The notes under the pieces were generated by a model. That model did not search any database. It saw only the letters and a program-made list of their open reading frames with translations, and was not told the DNA's origin. The position numbers and the translations under genes are program-made. This document shows, one piece after another, positions 35,083 through 44,704 of a stretch of DNA of 64,000 nt; the stretch's first letter is position 1; every line of letters begins with the position of its first letter. The DNA is from Bacillota bacterium (GTDB lineage: Bacteria > Bacillota > DTU025). The stretch lies in assembly GCA_050951805.1 (NCBI GenBank), contig JBMNJT010000008.1, positions 448,001 to 512,000 of the forward strand, read 5' to 3'.

Positions 35083-35730
35083 ATGCGTGCAGTGCTGATG
35101 GGACCTCCCAGCGCGGGGAAGGGCACTCAAGCTGTCAGGCTGGCAGCAGAGTTCGGCGTCCCGCATATATCCACAGGGGACATGTTCAGGGCCGCGATAG
35201 CGGCAGGCGCCGAGCTTGGTCGGCGGGCACAGGGATTCATAGAAGCCGGCAAGCTGGTTCCTGACGACGTGACTCTTGGCATCGTTTGCGAGAGGTTGGC
35301 CGAAGCGGATGCAATGTCGGGATTTATTCTTGACGGATTTCCTCGGACTGTGCCGCAAGCAGAGGGACTTGAAGACATACTTCGAGCCCAGGGCGTGAGG
35401 CTTGATGCAGTGGTGCTCATAGAGGTTCCCGAGGACGTCTTGGTGCGAAGGGTAACCGGACGGAGAGTATGCGAGAAGTGTGGTCGTGTGTACCACATGG
35501 AATGGAATCCGCCTCCAGGATCCGCGTGCGAGTGTGGTGGTCTGGTCACTCAACGGAAGGATGACTTTCCGGAGACAGTGAAGAAGCGGCTTGCAACGTA
35601 TCGAACGCAGACAGAACCGCTGAGGGATTATTATGCCTCCGAGGGAAGCCTCGTCGTGGTAGATGGAACGGGAGATCCTGATGAGGTTTTCAGGCGCATA
35701 ACACGTGCCCTTGGAAGGTGTGGGTCATGA
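35083..35730 (+). CDS. adk: Adenylate kinase
   Basis: P-loop GPPSAGKGT, HISTGDMFR, LDGFPRT, Cys-containing lid. Confidence 0.96.
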   Translation: MRAVLMGPPSAGKGTQAVRLAAEFGVPHISTGDMFRAAIAAGAELGRRAQGFIEAGKLVPDDVTLGIVCERLAEADAMSGFILDGFPRTVPQAEGLEDILRAQGVRLDAVVLIEVPEDVLVRRVTGRRVCEKCGRVYHMEWNPPPGSACECGGLVTQRKDDFPETVKKRLATYRTQTEPLRDYYASEGSLVVVDGTGDPDEVFRRITRALGRCGS

Positions 35731-36473
35731 TCATTCTGAAAACCGCGGCTGAAATCGAGCAGATGCGGAAAGCGGGCGCCCTGGTCGGACAGGTGCTGGA
35801 GAGACTGGGCAGATACGTGGCCCCAGGTGTCCGAACGGCGGAGCTCGATGCCATTGCCGAAGAAATGATACTGGCCGCAGGCGGGATGCCGTCGTTCAAG
35901 GGTTACTGTGGATACCCGGCATCGATCTGTGTGTCTGTGAACGACGAGATCATCCACGGAATACCTGGCAAACGGGTGCTGGTTGAGGGCGATATAGTAT
36001 CTATCGATTGCGGTGCAATCCTCGACGGGTATCAGGGGGATGCAGCCATGACCTTTCCAGTGGGAGATGTCTCAGTTGAAGCGGAGAAGCTCATGCGAGT
36101 GACGCGGGAGGCGCTTGAGGCTGGAATAGAGATGGCAAGGCCGACGATGCGTCTTGGGGATATTGGCAATGCCATCCAGGTACATGCCGAGAGTAATGGG
36201 TTTTCAGTGGTCAGGGATTTTGTTGGCCACGGCATCGGACGGCGCATGCATGAGGACCCTCAAATCCCAAACTTTGGGTCGCCGGGCACGGGACTACGGC
36301 TCAGGCCTGGAATGGTCCTTGCCATTGAGCCCATGGTGAATGCGGGCGGCCACGAAGTAATGATCATGGACGATGGCTGGACTACGTGCACGCGTGATGG
36401 ATCGCTGTCGGCCCACTTTGAGCACACGGTAGCCATAACTGATGCTGGCCCCGAGGTTTTGACTCTTCCGTAG
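35727..36473 (+). CDS. map: Methionine aminopeptidase type I
   Basis: HGIP, GHGIG..MHEDP, IEPMVN, SAHFEHT. Confidence 0.97.
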   Translation: MIILKTAAEIEQMRKAGALVGQVLERLGRYVAPGVRTAELDAIAEEMILAAGGMPSFKGYCGYPASICVSVNDEIIHGIPGKRVLVEGDIVSIDCGAILDGYQGDAAMTFPVGDVSVEAEKLMRVTREALEAGIEMARPTMRLGDIGNAIQVHAESNGFSVVRDFVGHGIGRRMHEDPQIPNFGSPGTGLRLRPGMVLAIEPMVNAGGHEVMIMDDGWTTCTRDGSLSAHFEHTVAITDAGPEVLTLP

Positions 36474-36496
36474 CATGCAAGGCAGGTGTAAGGCAG

Positions 36497-36793
36497 TTGT
36501 CTTCCGGGGGTCCATTGCTTGGACAGTTCGTAGTATCTAAGATGGGCAGGGACAGGGGCAGGCTCTTTGTCGTAGTCGGCCGTGAAGGTGACGGTTACGT
36601 TTACATTGCTGACGGCGCAACTCACAAGTTGGGCAAGGCGAAGCGGAAAAACGTTAAGCACCTGATAGTGACGGAGCAGGTGGATGAAGATATAAGGGCC
36701 GCGCTCGAGGCCGGAAACTCGGTCACCGATGAACAACTTGTTACGGCTTTGAGAGTGTACAGACCTCAAGAGAGGAAGGAGGGGGATGCTTAG
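36497..36793 (+). CDS. KOW-domain RNA-binding protein (L14e-like)
   Basis: [22 protein letters not shown]; usual Firmicutes map-infA position. Confidence 0.85.
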   Translation: MSSGGPLLGQFVVSKMGRDRGRLFVVVGREGDGYVYIADGATHKLGKAKRKNVKHLIVTEQVDEDIRAALEAGNSVTDEQLVTALRVYRPQERKEGDA

Positions 36794-36795
36794 TT

Positions 36796-37014
36796 ATGGC
36801 AAAAGAGGATGCCATAGAAGTTGAGGGCACAGTCGTTGAACCATTGCCAAACGCCATGTTCAAGGTGGAACTGGAAAATGGCCATACGGTATTGGCGCAC
36901 GTGTCCGGCAAGATGCGCATGAAGTTCATCAGGATTCTGCCAGGTGACAGAGTCACGATTCAGCTATCACCTTACGATCTGACTCGCGGCAGGATCGTGT
37001 GGAGATACAAGTAG
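36796..37014 (+). CDS. infA: Translation initiation factor IF-1
   Basis: [27 protein letters not shown]. Confidence 0.98.
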   Translation: MAKEDAIEVEGTVVEPLPNAMFKVELENGHTVLAHVSGKMRMKFIRILPGDRVTIQLSPYDLTRGRIVWRYK

Positions 37015-37025
37015 GAGGGTTAGAC

Positions 37026-37139
37026 ATGAAGGTACGGCCGTCCGTTAAGAAAATGTGTGAAAAATGCAAGATAGTGAAGAGAAAAGGCCGCGTTAGAGTT
37101 ATTTGCGAGAACCCCACGCATAAACAGCGACAGGGCTAG
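37026..37139 (+). CDS. rpmJ: 50S ribosomal protein L36
   Basis: Translated by hand: [37 protein letters not shown]. Confidence 0.97.
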   Translation: MKVRPSVKKMCEKCKIVKRKGRVRVICENPTHKQRQG

Positions 37140-37154
37140 GAGGTGCAGCGTAGC

Positions 37155-37526
37155 ATGGCGCGAATCGCAGGTGTAGACCTTCCAAGAGACAAGCGGATAG
37201 AGGTAGCCCTGACTTATATATACGGCATCGGCCTCACCTCATCCCAGAAGATCCTGGCGGAGACGGGCGTTAACCCTGATACGCGGGTGAGAGATCTTAC
37301 TGAGACCGAGATCACGCAATTGCGAGAGGCTATTGACCGAGGCTATAAGGTAGAGGGAGACCTGCGCCGTGAAGAAGCCCAGAATGTTAAGAGGCTTGTC
37401 GATATAGGCTCTTACAGAGGGCTGAGGCATCGTCGCGGACTTCCCGTAAGGGGCCAGAGGACGAAGACGAATGCTCGAACGGCCAAGGGCCCGAAGAAGG
37501 CCATTGGCGGGCGCAAAAAAAGGTGA
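37155..37526 (+). CDS. rpsM: 30S ribosomal protein S13
   Basis: [24 protein letters not shown]. Confidence 0.97.
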   Translation: MARIAGVDLPRDKRIEVALTYIYGIGLTSSQKILAETGVNPDTRVRDLTETEITQLREAIDRGYKVEGDLRREEAQNVKRLVDIGSYRGLRHRRGLPVRGQRTKTNARTAKGPKKAIGGRKKR

Positions 37527-37560
37527 TTAGCATGGCGCGTTGCGGAAAGGAGGAACACTG

Positions 37561-37950
37561 ATGGCAAAGAGGCAGGCAAGGCCTAGAAGGCGCGAACGGA
37601 AGAATATCGAAACAGGAACAGCCCATATCAAGTCGAGCTTCAACAATACGATTGTTACCATTACCGATCCGGCAGGAGCTGTTGTGTCGTGGTCATCCGC
37701 TGGCGCCATGGGCTTCAAGGGCTCACGTAAGGGTACGCCGTTTGCAGCGCAACAGGCTGCGGACGCCGCGGCGCGTGGTGCCATTGATCAGGGAATGCGT
37801 TCAGTTGAAGTGTTGGTAAAAGGCCCCGGAGGAGGACGAGAGGCTGCGGTAAGGTCGCTCCAGGCTGCCGGGCTTGAAGTTAGCATGATAAAGGATGTTA
37901 CGCCGATTCCGCATAACGGATGCAGGCCACCAAAGAGACGGCGCGTGTAG
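37561..37950 (+). CDS. rpsK: 30S ribosomal protein S11
   Basis: [25 protein letters not shown]. Confidence 0.97.
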   Translation: MAKRQARPRRRERKNIETGTAHIKSSFNNTIVTITDPAGAVVSWSSAGAMGFKGSRKGTPFAAQQAADAAARGAIDQGMRSVEVLVKGPGGGREAAVRSLQAAGLEVSMIKDVTPIPHNGCRPPKRRRV

Positions 37951-37973
37951 CCGAGCGAACAGGAGGTGCGATA

Positions 37974-38597
37974 ATGGCGAGATATACCGGATCAGTGTGC
38001 CGGCTATGCCGACGTGAGGGAGCTAAGCTCTTCCTCAAGGGAGATAGATGCTATACTGAGAAGTGTGCTGTTGCCCGGAGGGCTTACCCGCCGGGAGAGC
38101 ATGGTCAGGGAAGAAAGAGGACCAGCGAGTATGGTTTGCAGCTTCGCGAGAAGCAAAAGCTTCGAAGGATATACGGAGTGCAGGAAGCGCAGTTTGCAAG
38201 GTATTTTGATATGGCCGAGCGCAGACGGGGCATTACAGGCGAGAACCTCCTCGCTATCCTTGAGACCCGGCTCGACAATGTCGTCTATAGACTGGGACTG
38301 GGTGCCTCTAGGGCAGAGGCCAGGCAATTGGTGAGGCACGGGCATATTTACGTGAATGGCAAGAGGGTGTCCATACCATCGTATGAGCTTCGTGCGGGCG
38401 ATGAGATATCTGTGAGACCGGGAAGCAAGAACCTTGTCCACTTCAAGAATCTTGCCGAAGCAGGCGCTGTGACTGTGCCCGCATGGCTTTTAGTAAACGA
38501 GGACCGTTTGGGAGGCAGAGTTCTGTCAGTGCCGACAAGGGATCAGATAGACCTGGATATCCAGGAACACTTAATCGTCGAGTTGTACTCGAAGTAA
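37974..38597 (+). CDS. rpsD: 30S ribosomal protein S4
   Basis: [24 protein letters not shown]. Confidence 0.97.
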   Translation: MARYTGSVCRLCRREGAKLFLKGDRCYTEKCAVARRAYPPGEHGQGRKRTSEYGLQLREKQKLRRIYGVQEAQFARYFDMAERRRGITGENLLAILETRLDNVVYRLGLGASRAEARQLVRHGHIYVNGKRVSIPSYELRAGDEISVRPGSKNLVHFKNLAEAGAVTVPAWLLVNEDRLGGRVLSVPTRDQIDLDIQEHLIVELYSK

Positions 38598-38634
38598 TGC
38601 TGCCCCAAATGAGAAGGAGGGTGCTGAGCGCGCT

Positions 38635-39618
38635 ATGATTGAATCTCCAAAGCCTAGAATCGATTGCCAAGAGGATGGCGACCGATACGGTAGGTTTGTC
38701 GTGGAGCCTCTTGAAAGGGGATACGGCATAACCCTGGGCAACTCATTGCGCAGGATCCTTCTGTCGTCATTGCCCGGGGCCGCAGTCACCTCGGTCAAGA
38801 TCGACGGGGTGTTGCACGAGTTCTCGACTATTCCCGGGGTTTATGAGGATGTGACAGATATCATCCTGAACCTCAAGAGTCTTCTCGTGAGGCTGCATAC
38901 AGATGTGCCCAAGGTCATTCGGCTCATGGCCGAAGGTCCCGGTGATGTCGTGGCCGCTGATTTCGAGGCCGATGCAGAAATAGACATACTCAATCCCGAG
39001 CTGCACATTGCCACATTGGGCACAGTTGAGGCGGTGAATCAGGATACCGGAAAGACGGAAGAGCGAGGTGCAGTTCTGTCGCTTGAAGCCGTCGTGGAAC
39101 CCGGCCGGGGTTATGTGTCTTCCGAGAAGAACAAGAGGCCTGAGCAACCCATAGGCGTGATACCAATGGACTCTATCTTCACTCCAGTGGAAAAGGTGAA
39201 CTACACCGTGGAAAATGCTCGAGTCGGTGGAGTTACCGACTACGATAGGCTGGTTCTGGAGGTCTGGACTCACGGGACCATCACTCCGAAAGAGGCTGTC
39301 AGCATGGCGGCTTCGATGATGAATGAACACATGAAGCTGTTCATAAGCCTTTCTGAGCCTGAGGAAGAGGTTGAGCCGGAGGCTGAACCCGAAGAGGATT
39401 GCCGAGATCGGGCCCTTGAAATGGTAATCGAAGACTTGGACTTGTCGGTGCGGTCGTACAATTGCCTGAAGAGAGCGGGCATAAACACTGTCGACGAGTT
39501 AACCCACAAGACTGAAGAGGAAATGCTCAAAGTGAGAAATCTGGGACGCAAATCGCTTGAAGAGGTCAAGCAGAAGCTTGAATCATTGGGACTGTCGCTC
39601 CGACAGCCTGATGAGTAG
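38635..39618 (+). CDS. rpoA: DNA-directed RNA polymerase alpha subunit
   Basis: [32 protein letters not shown]. Confidence 0.98.
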   Translation: MIESPKPRIDCQEDGDRYGRFVVEPLERGYGITLGNSLRRILLSSLPGAAVTSVKIDGVLHEFSTIPGVYEDVTDIILNLKSLLVRLHTDVPKVIRLMAEGPGDVVAADFEADAEIDILNPELHIATLGTVEAVNQDTGKTEERGAVLSLEAVVEPGRGYVSSEKNKRPEQPIGVIPMDSIFTPVEKVNYTVENARVGGVTDYDRLVLEVWTHGTITPKEAVSMAASMMNEHMKLFISLSEPEEEVEPEAEPEEDCRDRALEMVIEDLDLSVRSYNCLKRAGINTVDELTHKTEEEMLKVRNLGRKSLEEVKQKLESLGLSLRQPDE

Positions 39619-39638
39619 TGTAAGGGAGGAGAGCGCAG

Positions 39639-40025
39639 ATGAGCCGCAGAAAGCTCAGCCGTACAGCGGAGGAGCGGCGTGCTCTTTTCCGGGGCTCGGT
39701 GACGTCGCTGTTTTTACACGACAAGATAATCACCACGGAAGCGAAGGCAAAAGAGATACGCCCAGTTGCTGAAAGACTCATAACATGGGCAAAGGTTGGC
39801 GACCTTCATCACAGGCGTCTTGCAGCCAAGTATGTACTCGATCCTGTAGCGCTGCAAAGATTGTTTGATGAGATCGGGCCTGCGAACATTGATAGACCGG
39901 GCGGGTATACTCGCATTATAAAGCTTGGCCAAAGGCGTGGGGATGGAGCGCCGCTAGCCATTATTGAGCTGGTAGATATGCCGGGCAGCAGCGTAAGCGC
40001 GAAGCCGGCGAAAGCCAAGAAGTGA
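39639..40025 (+). CDS. rplQ: 50S ribosomal protein L17
   Basis: TTEAKAKE, RPGGYTRI, RRGDGA. Confidence 0.96.
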   Translation: MSRRKLSRTAEERRALFRGSVTSLFLHDKIITTEAKAKEIRPVAERLITWAKVGDLHHRRLAAKYVLDPVALQRLFDEIGPANIDRPGGYTRIIKLGQRRGDGAPLAIIELVDMPGSSVSAKPAKAKK

Positions 40026-40031
40026 TGTGTT

Positions 40032-40907
40032 ATGAAACCCGTAGTGCGCGTCGAGAATGTGAGCTATGCCTATGATGGCGGAAGCCAAGGACAGGTAGAG
40101 GCGCTTCTCGACGTTAGCCTGGAGATTTGGCCTGGCGAGTTTGTGGCCATAATCGGACACAACGGATCAGGCAAGTCGACACTGGCTAAGCATATGAACG
40201 CCTTGCTCCTTCCAACACGTGGCGACGTCTACGTGCTCGGGATGAACACTCGCGACGAATCGTTGTTGTGGGATATACGTCAGACTGTTGGTATGGTGTT
40301 TCAGAACCCTGACAACCAGATAGTGGCGACCATCGTCGAAGAGGACGTGGCGTTTGGACCCGAGAACCTTGGAGTTCCGCCTGATGAAATGCGCCGGCGT
40401 GTAGATGAAGCGCTGGCGCTTGTGGACATGACTGGGTATGAGAAATCCGCCCCCCATATGCTTTCCGGAGGTCAGAAGCAGCGGGTGGCTATAGCAGGCG
40501 TGATTGCGATGAGACCCAGGTGCATTGTCCTTGACGAGCCCACTGCGATGCTGGATCCGGTGGGCCGAAGTGAAGTACTGCGTACAGTGCGCCATCTCGC
40601 TTCCAATGAGGGAATTGCGATTGTGCATATAACACACTTCATGAGCGAAGCTGTCTATGCAGATCGTGTTATCGTAATGGAAGAGGGGCGGGTTGCTCTC
40701 TCCGGGACGCCACGAGAGGTCTTCTCGCAGCCGGCCACATTGCGCAAGCTGGACTTGGATGTCCCACAAGTTACTGAACTCGCTGCCCAGCTGCGAGCGG
40801 CAGGTGTGGCGCTTCCAAGGTATCCGCTGACGGTTGAGGAAATGGCGGACGACATTGGAACTCTTTTGGGCAGGGGGCCGTGCAGCAGTGAGCTCCAAAA
40901 TCATTGA
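40032..40907 (+). CDS. ecfA1: ECF transporter ATPase 1
   Basis: GHNGSGKST, FQNPDNQ, LSGGQKQR. Confidence 0.93.
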   Translation: MKPVVRVENVSYAYDGGSQGQVEALLDVSLEIWPGEFVAIIGHNGSGKSTLAKHMNALLLPTRGDVYVLGMNTRDESLLWDIRQTVGMVFQNPDNQIVATIVEEDVAFGPENLGVPPDEMRRRVDEALALVDMTGYEKSAPHMLSGGQKQRVAIAGVIAMRPRCIVLDEPTAMLDPVGRSEVLRTVRHLASNEGIAIVHITHFMSEAVYADRVIVMEEGRVALSGTPREVFSQPATLRKLDLDVPQVTELAAQLRAAGVALPRYPLTVEEMADDIGTLLGRGPCSSELQNH

Positions 40908-41817
40908 AGTTCAGAACCTATGCTATACGTATATGCGAGGCACGCCATTGGCGCGTCAGGCCCTTACAGACGTCAATCTGTCGATCGACGAAGGAGATCT
41001 TGTGGCGATCATAGGCAAGACCGGCTCTGGCAAATCTACCCTGGTGCAGCATTTTAACGGCCTCCTTAAGCCTGATTCAGGGCGCGTGCTCGTGGATGGC
41101 CAGGATATCTGGGGCAAAGGTGTTGCGCTGCGGGATATTAGAAGAAAAGTAGGCTTGGTTTTTCAGTATCCCGAGCACCAGCTCTTCGAGGAGACCGTTG
41201 CTTTAGATATCGCGTTTGCCCCGAAAAACCTAGGATTGTCCGATGCTCAGGTCGATGATGCCGTTCGGGAGGCCATGCGCATTGTCGACCTTGACTATGA
41301 AGAGTTCGCTGACAGATCTCCTTTTGAGCTATCCGGCGGGCAGAAGAGGCGTGTGGCCATAGCCGGCGTGATCGCGATGTGTCCGAAGGTGTTAATCCTC
41401 GACGAGCCCACCGCCGGCATGGATCCGCGTGGCAGGGAGGATGTTCTCGGAGAGATCCAGGCGCTTCACGAAAAGCATGGATACACCATAGTCCTCGTCT
41501 CCCATAGCATGGAGGATGTTGCAAGATTCGCAAAGAGGCTCGTGGTCATGGAAGCCGGCAAGGTAGTCATGGACGGTGATCCCCGCGAGGTATTCAGGCA
41601 CCGTCAGGAGCTGATCGACATAGGCTTGGGGGTTCCTCAGATCACTGACCTCATGGCCGAGCTAGCCAGGCGGGGATATGGATTCTCGACTGGTGCAATC
41701 ACGGTTGAGGAAGCGCGTGAGATTCTGTTGCCGCCGCTTCTTGCGGCGTCTATCGAGTCGACTGGATCTGCAGGCCCGGACCCATCTGAAGGAAGGTGTG
41801 GGCATGGACTTCGCTAA
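40888..41817 (+). CDS. ecfA2: ECF transporter ATPase 2
   Basis: GKTGSGKST, FQYPEHQLF, SPFELSGGQ. Confidence 0.93.
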   Translation: MSSKIIEVQNLCYTYMRGTPLARQALTDVNLSIDEGDLVAIIGKTGSGKSTLVQHFNGLLKPDSGRVLVDGQDIWGKGVALRDIRRKVGLVFQYPEHQLFEETVALDIAFAPKNLGLSDAQVDDAVREAMRIVDLDYEEFADRSPFELSGGQKRRVAIAGVIAMCPKVLILDEPTAGMDPRGREDVLGEIQALHEKHGYTIVLVSHSMEDVARFAKRLVVMEAGKVVMDGDPREVFRHRQELIDIGLGVPQITDLMAELARRGYGFSTGAITVEEAREILLPPLLAASIESTGSAGPDPSEGRCGHGLR

Positions 41818-42598
41818 TGCGGCAGTTGGACAGTATATGCCAGGGGATTCCTTCATGCACAGGCTGGATCCGCGGACAAAGATGTTGACTTCGCTCGGTG
41901 TTGTGATTGGTCTGTTCGTTGTGAGCGAGCCGTGGGCCTACGCGTTGCTCGCACTTCCTATAATGCTGGGAATCATGGTTTCGCAGGTCCCTCTTAAGCT
42001 GATAACCCGCAGCTTGCGACCGCTTACGTTTATCATGGTGCTTACTTTTGCCTTGCACCTGTTCATGGATCCAGGCGAGGCGATCTTTAGCATCGGGAGG
42101 ATTACAGCAACATATGAAGGGCTTCGGCTGGGGTTGATCACGGTTGTAAGGCTGGCGTTATTGATCATGGCAACTTCGATTGTGACGCTGACCACATCGC
42201 CGATTGCCTTGACAGATGGGCTGGAGCGTCTTCTGAAGCCTTTTGCGCGTCTCGGATTGCCCGCGCACGAGCTGGCAATGATGATGACTATCGCATTGCG
42301 CTTCATACCAACATTGCTGGAAGAGACCGACAAGATAATGAAGGCGCAGATGGCGAGGGGGGCCGACTTCGAATCGGGCAACATTGCGAAGAGGGCGAGG
42401 GCGATGGTGCCCATACTTGTGCCACTCTTCGTGAGCGCTTTTCGCAGAGCTGACGAGTTGGCGGTGGCTATGGAAGCCAGGTGCTATAGGGGCGGCGAAG
42501 GGCGGACCCGCTTGCGCGAATTGGCTTTCAGTGGAGCTGACGTGGCCGTGCTGGTAGTTGTCGGCGCGTACACGGTGGCTGTGGCGGTGGCATTGTGA
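41804..42598 (+). CDS. ecfT: ECF transporter transmembrane component
   Basis: LDPRTK, ALRFIP, ARG and MEARCY motifs. Confidence 0.93.
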   Translation: MDFANAAVGQYMPGDSFMHRLDPRTKMLTSLGVVIGLFVVSEPWAYALLALPIMLGIMVSQVPLKLITRSLRPLTFIMVLTFALHLFMDPGEAIFSIGRITATYEGLRLGLITVVRLALLIMATSIVTLTTSPIALTDGLERLLKPFARLGLPAHELAMMMTIALRFIPTLLEETDKIMKAQMARGADFESGNIAKRARAMVPILVPLFVSAFRRADELAVAMEARCYRGGEGRTRLRELAFSGADVAVLVVVGAYTVAVAVAL

Positions 42599-42599
42599 G

Positions 42600-43466
42600 A
42601 TGCGCAATATCGGTCTTGTAATGGAGTATGTGGGCACTGGGTATCAGGGATTTCAAGTTCAACCTGCATTTGGGCGAGGGGGCGAAAGCCGGAAAGGACT
42701 CGAAGGACGTGGAGGGCGGCTGATTCGCACCGTGCAGGGCGAAGTGGAGCGGGCAATACATCGGCTCACAGGCGAGAGTGTGCGGATAGTTGGGGCGGGC
42801 CGAACAGACGCAGGAGTCCATGCCCTAGGGCAGGTAGCAAACTTCAAAACCGAATCAAGAATCCCTGCTGATAGGTTTGGCGCAGCGCTCAACAGTGTGT
42901 TGCCTGAGGATATTCGGATCATAAGATCCTTCGAGGCTCCAGAAGATTTCAACGCGCGTTATGATGCGGAATGGAAGATTTACAGGTACTTGATTGTGCC
43001 GGAAGCGGCGAGGGTTCCGGCAGCGCGCAGCGGTGGCGCCTTGCTCTCGAAAAGGGCATTGCTTACGAGGAATCCGCTGACTGATGAGGCGGTGCAGGCG
43101 ATGGCAGAGGCCGGTGTGGCGCTCGTGGGGCGTCACGATTTCTCGGCTTATGCTGCATCCGGGTCCTCAGCAAGGACTTCTGTGCGCACTATTCATCGAC
43201 TTGAGGTTAATACCGACAGATGGGAATCTCTCGGGTTGAATCTTGTGGTTGTGGAGATCGAGGCGGATGGGTTCTTATACAAGATGGCGCGTACTATAGT
43301 AGGAGCGCTTTTGGAGGTTGGGATGGGCAGAATGGATTCGGAGGGTCCGGGAAGATTGCTTGAATTGCGAGATCGAAAACTCGGGCCTGCGACCGCTCCG
43401 GCGGACGGACTCTACTTGATGAAAGTAGCCTACCCAGAACCCATAGGTGGTCTCGCCTCGCCTTGA
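42600..43466 (+). CDS. truA: tRNA pseudouridine(38-40) synthase
   Basis: GRTDAGVHA, HDFSAY, GFLYKM.R, APADGLYL. Confidence 0.95.
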   Translation: MRNIGLVMEYVGTGYQGFQVQPAFGRGGESRKGLEGRGGRLIRTVQGEVERAIHRLTGESVRIVGAGRTDAGVHALGQVANFKTESRIPADRFGAALNSVLPEDIRIIRSFEAPEDFNARYDAEWKIYRYLIVPEAARVPAARSGGALLSKRALLTRNPLTDEAVQAMAEAGVALVGRHDFSAYAASGSSARTSVRTIHRLEVNTDRWESLGLNLVVVEIEADGFLYKMARTIVGALLEVGMGRMDSEGPGRLLELRDRKLGPATAPADGLYLMKVAYPEPIGGLASP

Positions 43467-43577
43467 CAGTCTATTTTGGCTATATTAAAATTGCTTGGTG
43501 AGTTTTGTACCAGTGGCGCCAAACCCCGGAACCACTGATTGCACTCAGACGAGCAGTTGAAGCTGGGAGGGAACCTG
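43463..43577 (+). promoter_or_regulatory. rplM promoter and L13 leader
   Basis: TTGACA-17 bp-TAAAAT (43463-43491) followed by CAGTGG..AAACCCCGGAA..CCACTG leader-type hairpin. Confidence 0.65.
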
Positions 43578-44015
43578 ATGTCACGCACATACACGCCTAA
43601 GGCGGAGGAGATATCGCGCAAGTGGTATGTTGTGGATGCCGAGGGAAAGCCCTTGGGCAGGCTTGCAAGCGAAGTGGCCCAGATACTCAAGGGCAAGCAT
43701 AAGCCGGTCTACTCTCCTCATATGGACATGGGCGATCATGTGATAGTCATCAACGCTGATAAGGTAGTCCTGACGGGGAACAAGCGTCAGACCAAGATTC
43801 ACTATTGGCATACGGGATATCCTGGTGGGATTCGCCAGATGAACTATGAAGAGTTTCTTTCGACTAAGCCTGAGAAAGCGGTGGAGAAAGCGATCGTTGG
43901 GATGCTTCCAAAGAACAGGCTTGGACGGCAGATGGCTAAGAAACTCAAAGTCTATGCGGGACCGGAACACCCGCATGCGGCGCAGATGCCTGAGCCGCTC
44001 GAAATAACGGTATAA
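43578..44015 (+). CDS. rplM: 50S ribosomal protein L13
   Basis: WYVVDA, LGRLAS, GKHKP, HTGYPGG. Confidence 0.97.
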   Translation: MSRTYTPKAEEISRKWYVVDAEGKPLGRLASEVAQILKGKHKPVYSPHMDMGDHVIVINADKVVLTGNKRQTKIHYWHTGYPGGIRQMNYEEFLSTKPEKAVEKAIVGMLPKNRLGRQMAKKLKVYAGPEHPHAAQMPEPLEITV

Positions 44016-44040
44016 CCGGGCGAGGAAGGGGGATTACTCT

Positions 44041-44433
44041 GTGGCGCAATTGCAGTATGCCGCGACGGGAAGGCGCAAGTGCTCAGTTGCCCGTGTGCGG
44101 CTGACGCCGGGAACCGGGAAGATCACGGTCAACGGCAAACCAAGTGAGGAGTATTTTGGACGCCAGACCCTGGAGTTGCTTGCACGCGAGCCGTTTGAGG
44201 TCGCGAATAGGATGGACAGATATGATGCCATTGCCGACGTGTCAGGTGGCGGGCTAAGCGGGCAGGCTGGGGCGATACGTCATGGAATAGCCAGGGCGCT
44301 TTGTGAGGGCGAGCCTGAACTGAGGCCCGTTCTTAAGAAAGCAGGGCTTCTCACGCGTGATTCGCGCATGAAAGAACGCCATAAGTACGGCCTGAAGAAG
44401 GCCCGAAAGGCGCCTCAGTTTTCCAAGAGGTAA
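44041..44433 (+). CDS. rpsI: 30S ribosomal protein S9
   Basis: [23 protein letters not shown]. Confidence 0.97.
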   Translation: MAQLQYAATGRRKCSVARVRLTPGTGKITVNGKPSEEYFGRQTLELLAREPFEVANRMDRYDAIADVSGGGLSGQAGAIRHGIARALCEGEPELRPVLKKAGLLTRDSRMKERHKYGLKKARKAPQFSKR

Positions 44434-44502
44434 AAGGCGTCGGTTCGATATTGTACTCTATTTGGTCATGCCCGCGGGCCGTCTTGGCCCGTGGCTGACC
44501 AT

Positions 44503-44545
44503 AAAAAGCCAGAGGAACGAGTCGTTGTGGCTGGTTCCTCTTTTG
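44503..44545. terminator. Probable (bidirectional) intrinsic terminator after rpsI
   Basis: AAAAAGCC-AGAGGAAC...GTTCCTCT-TTT hairpin between convergent genes. Confidence 0.6.
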
Positions 44546-44704
44546 CATTACTGCATAATCCCATATTTGCGGGGGTATTTAGCGTATTAGTTACGTCCGA
44601 TACAATGCTGCAAAAAGGCCTTCGCCTTGTTGTAGTGGAGATGATAGCGACGGCGATACGTTCCATTTTTTCAGGCTATCTCATCCGGTATTAGATTCGT
44701 TTTC

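Noticed and set aside
35095-35130. Adk P-loop GPPSAGKGT variant
   Set aside because: A single change at a variable P-loop position; all other motifs are intact.
21082-35553. Long minus-strand ORFs (e.g. 23749-24669, 28146-29246, 34600-35553)
   Set aside because: Antisense shadows of conserved, codon-biased + strand genes, with no SD or recognisable domains.
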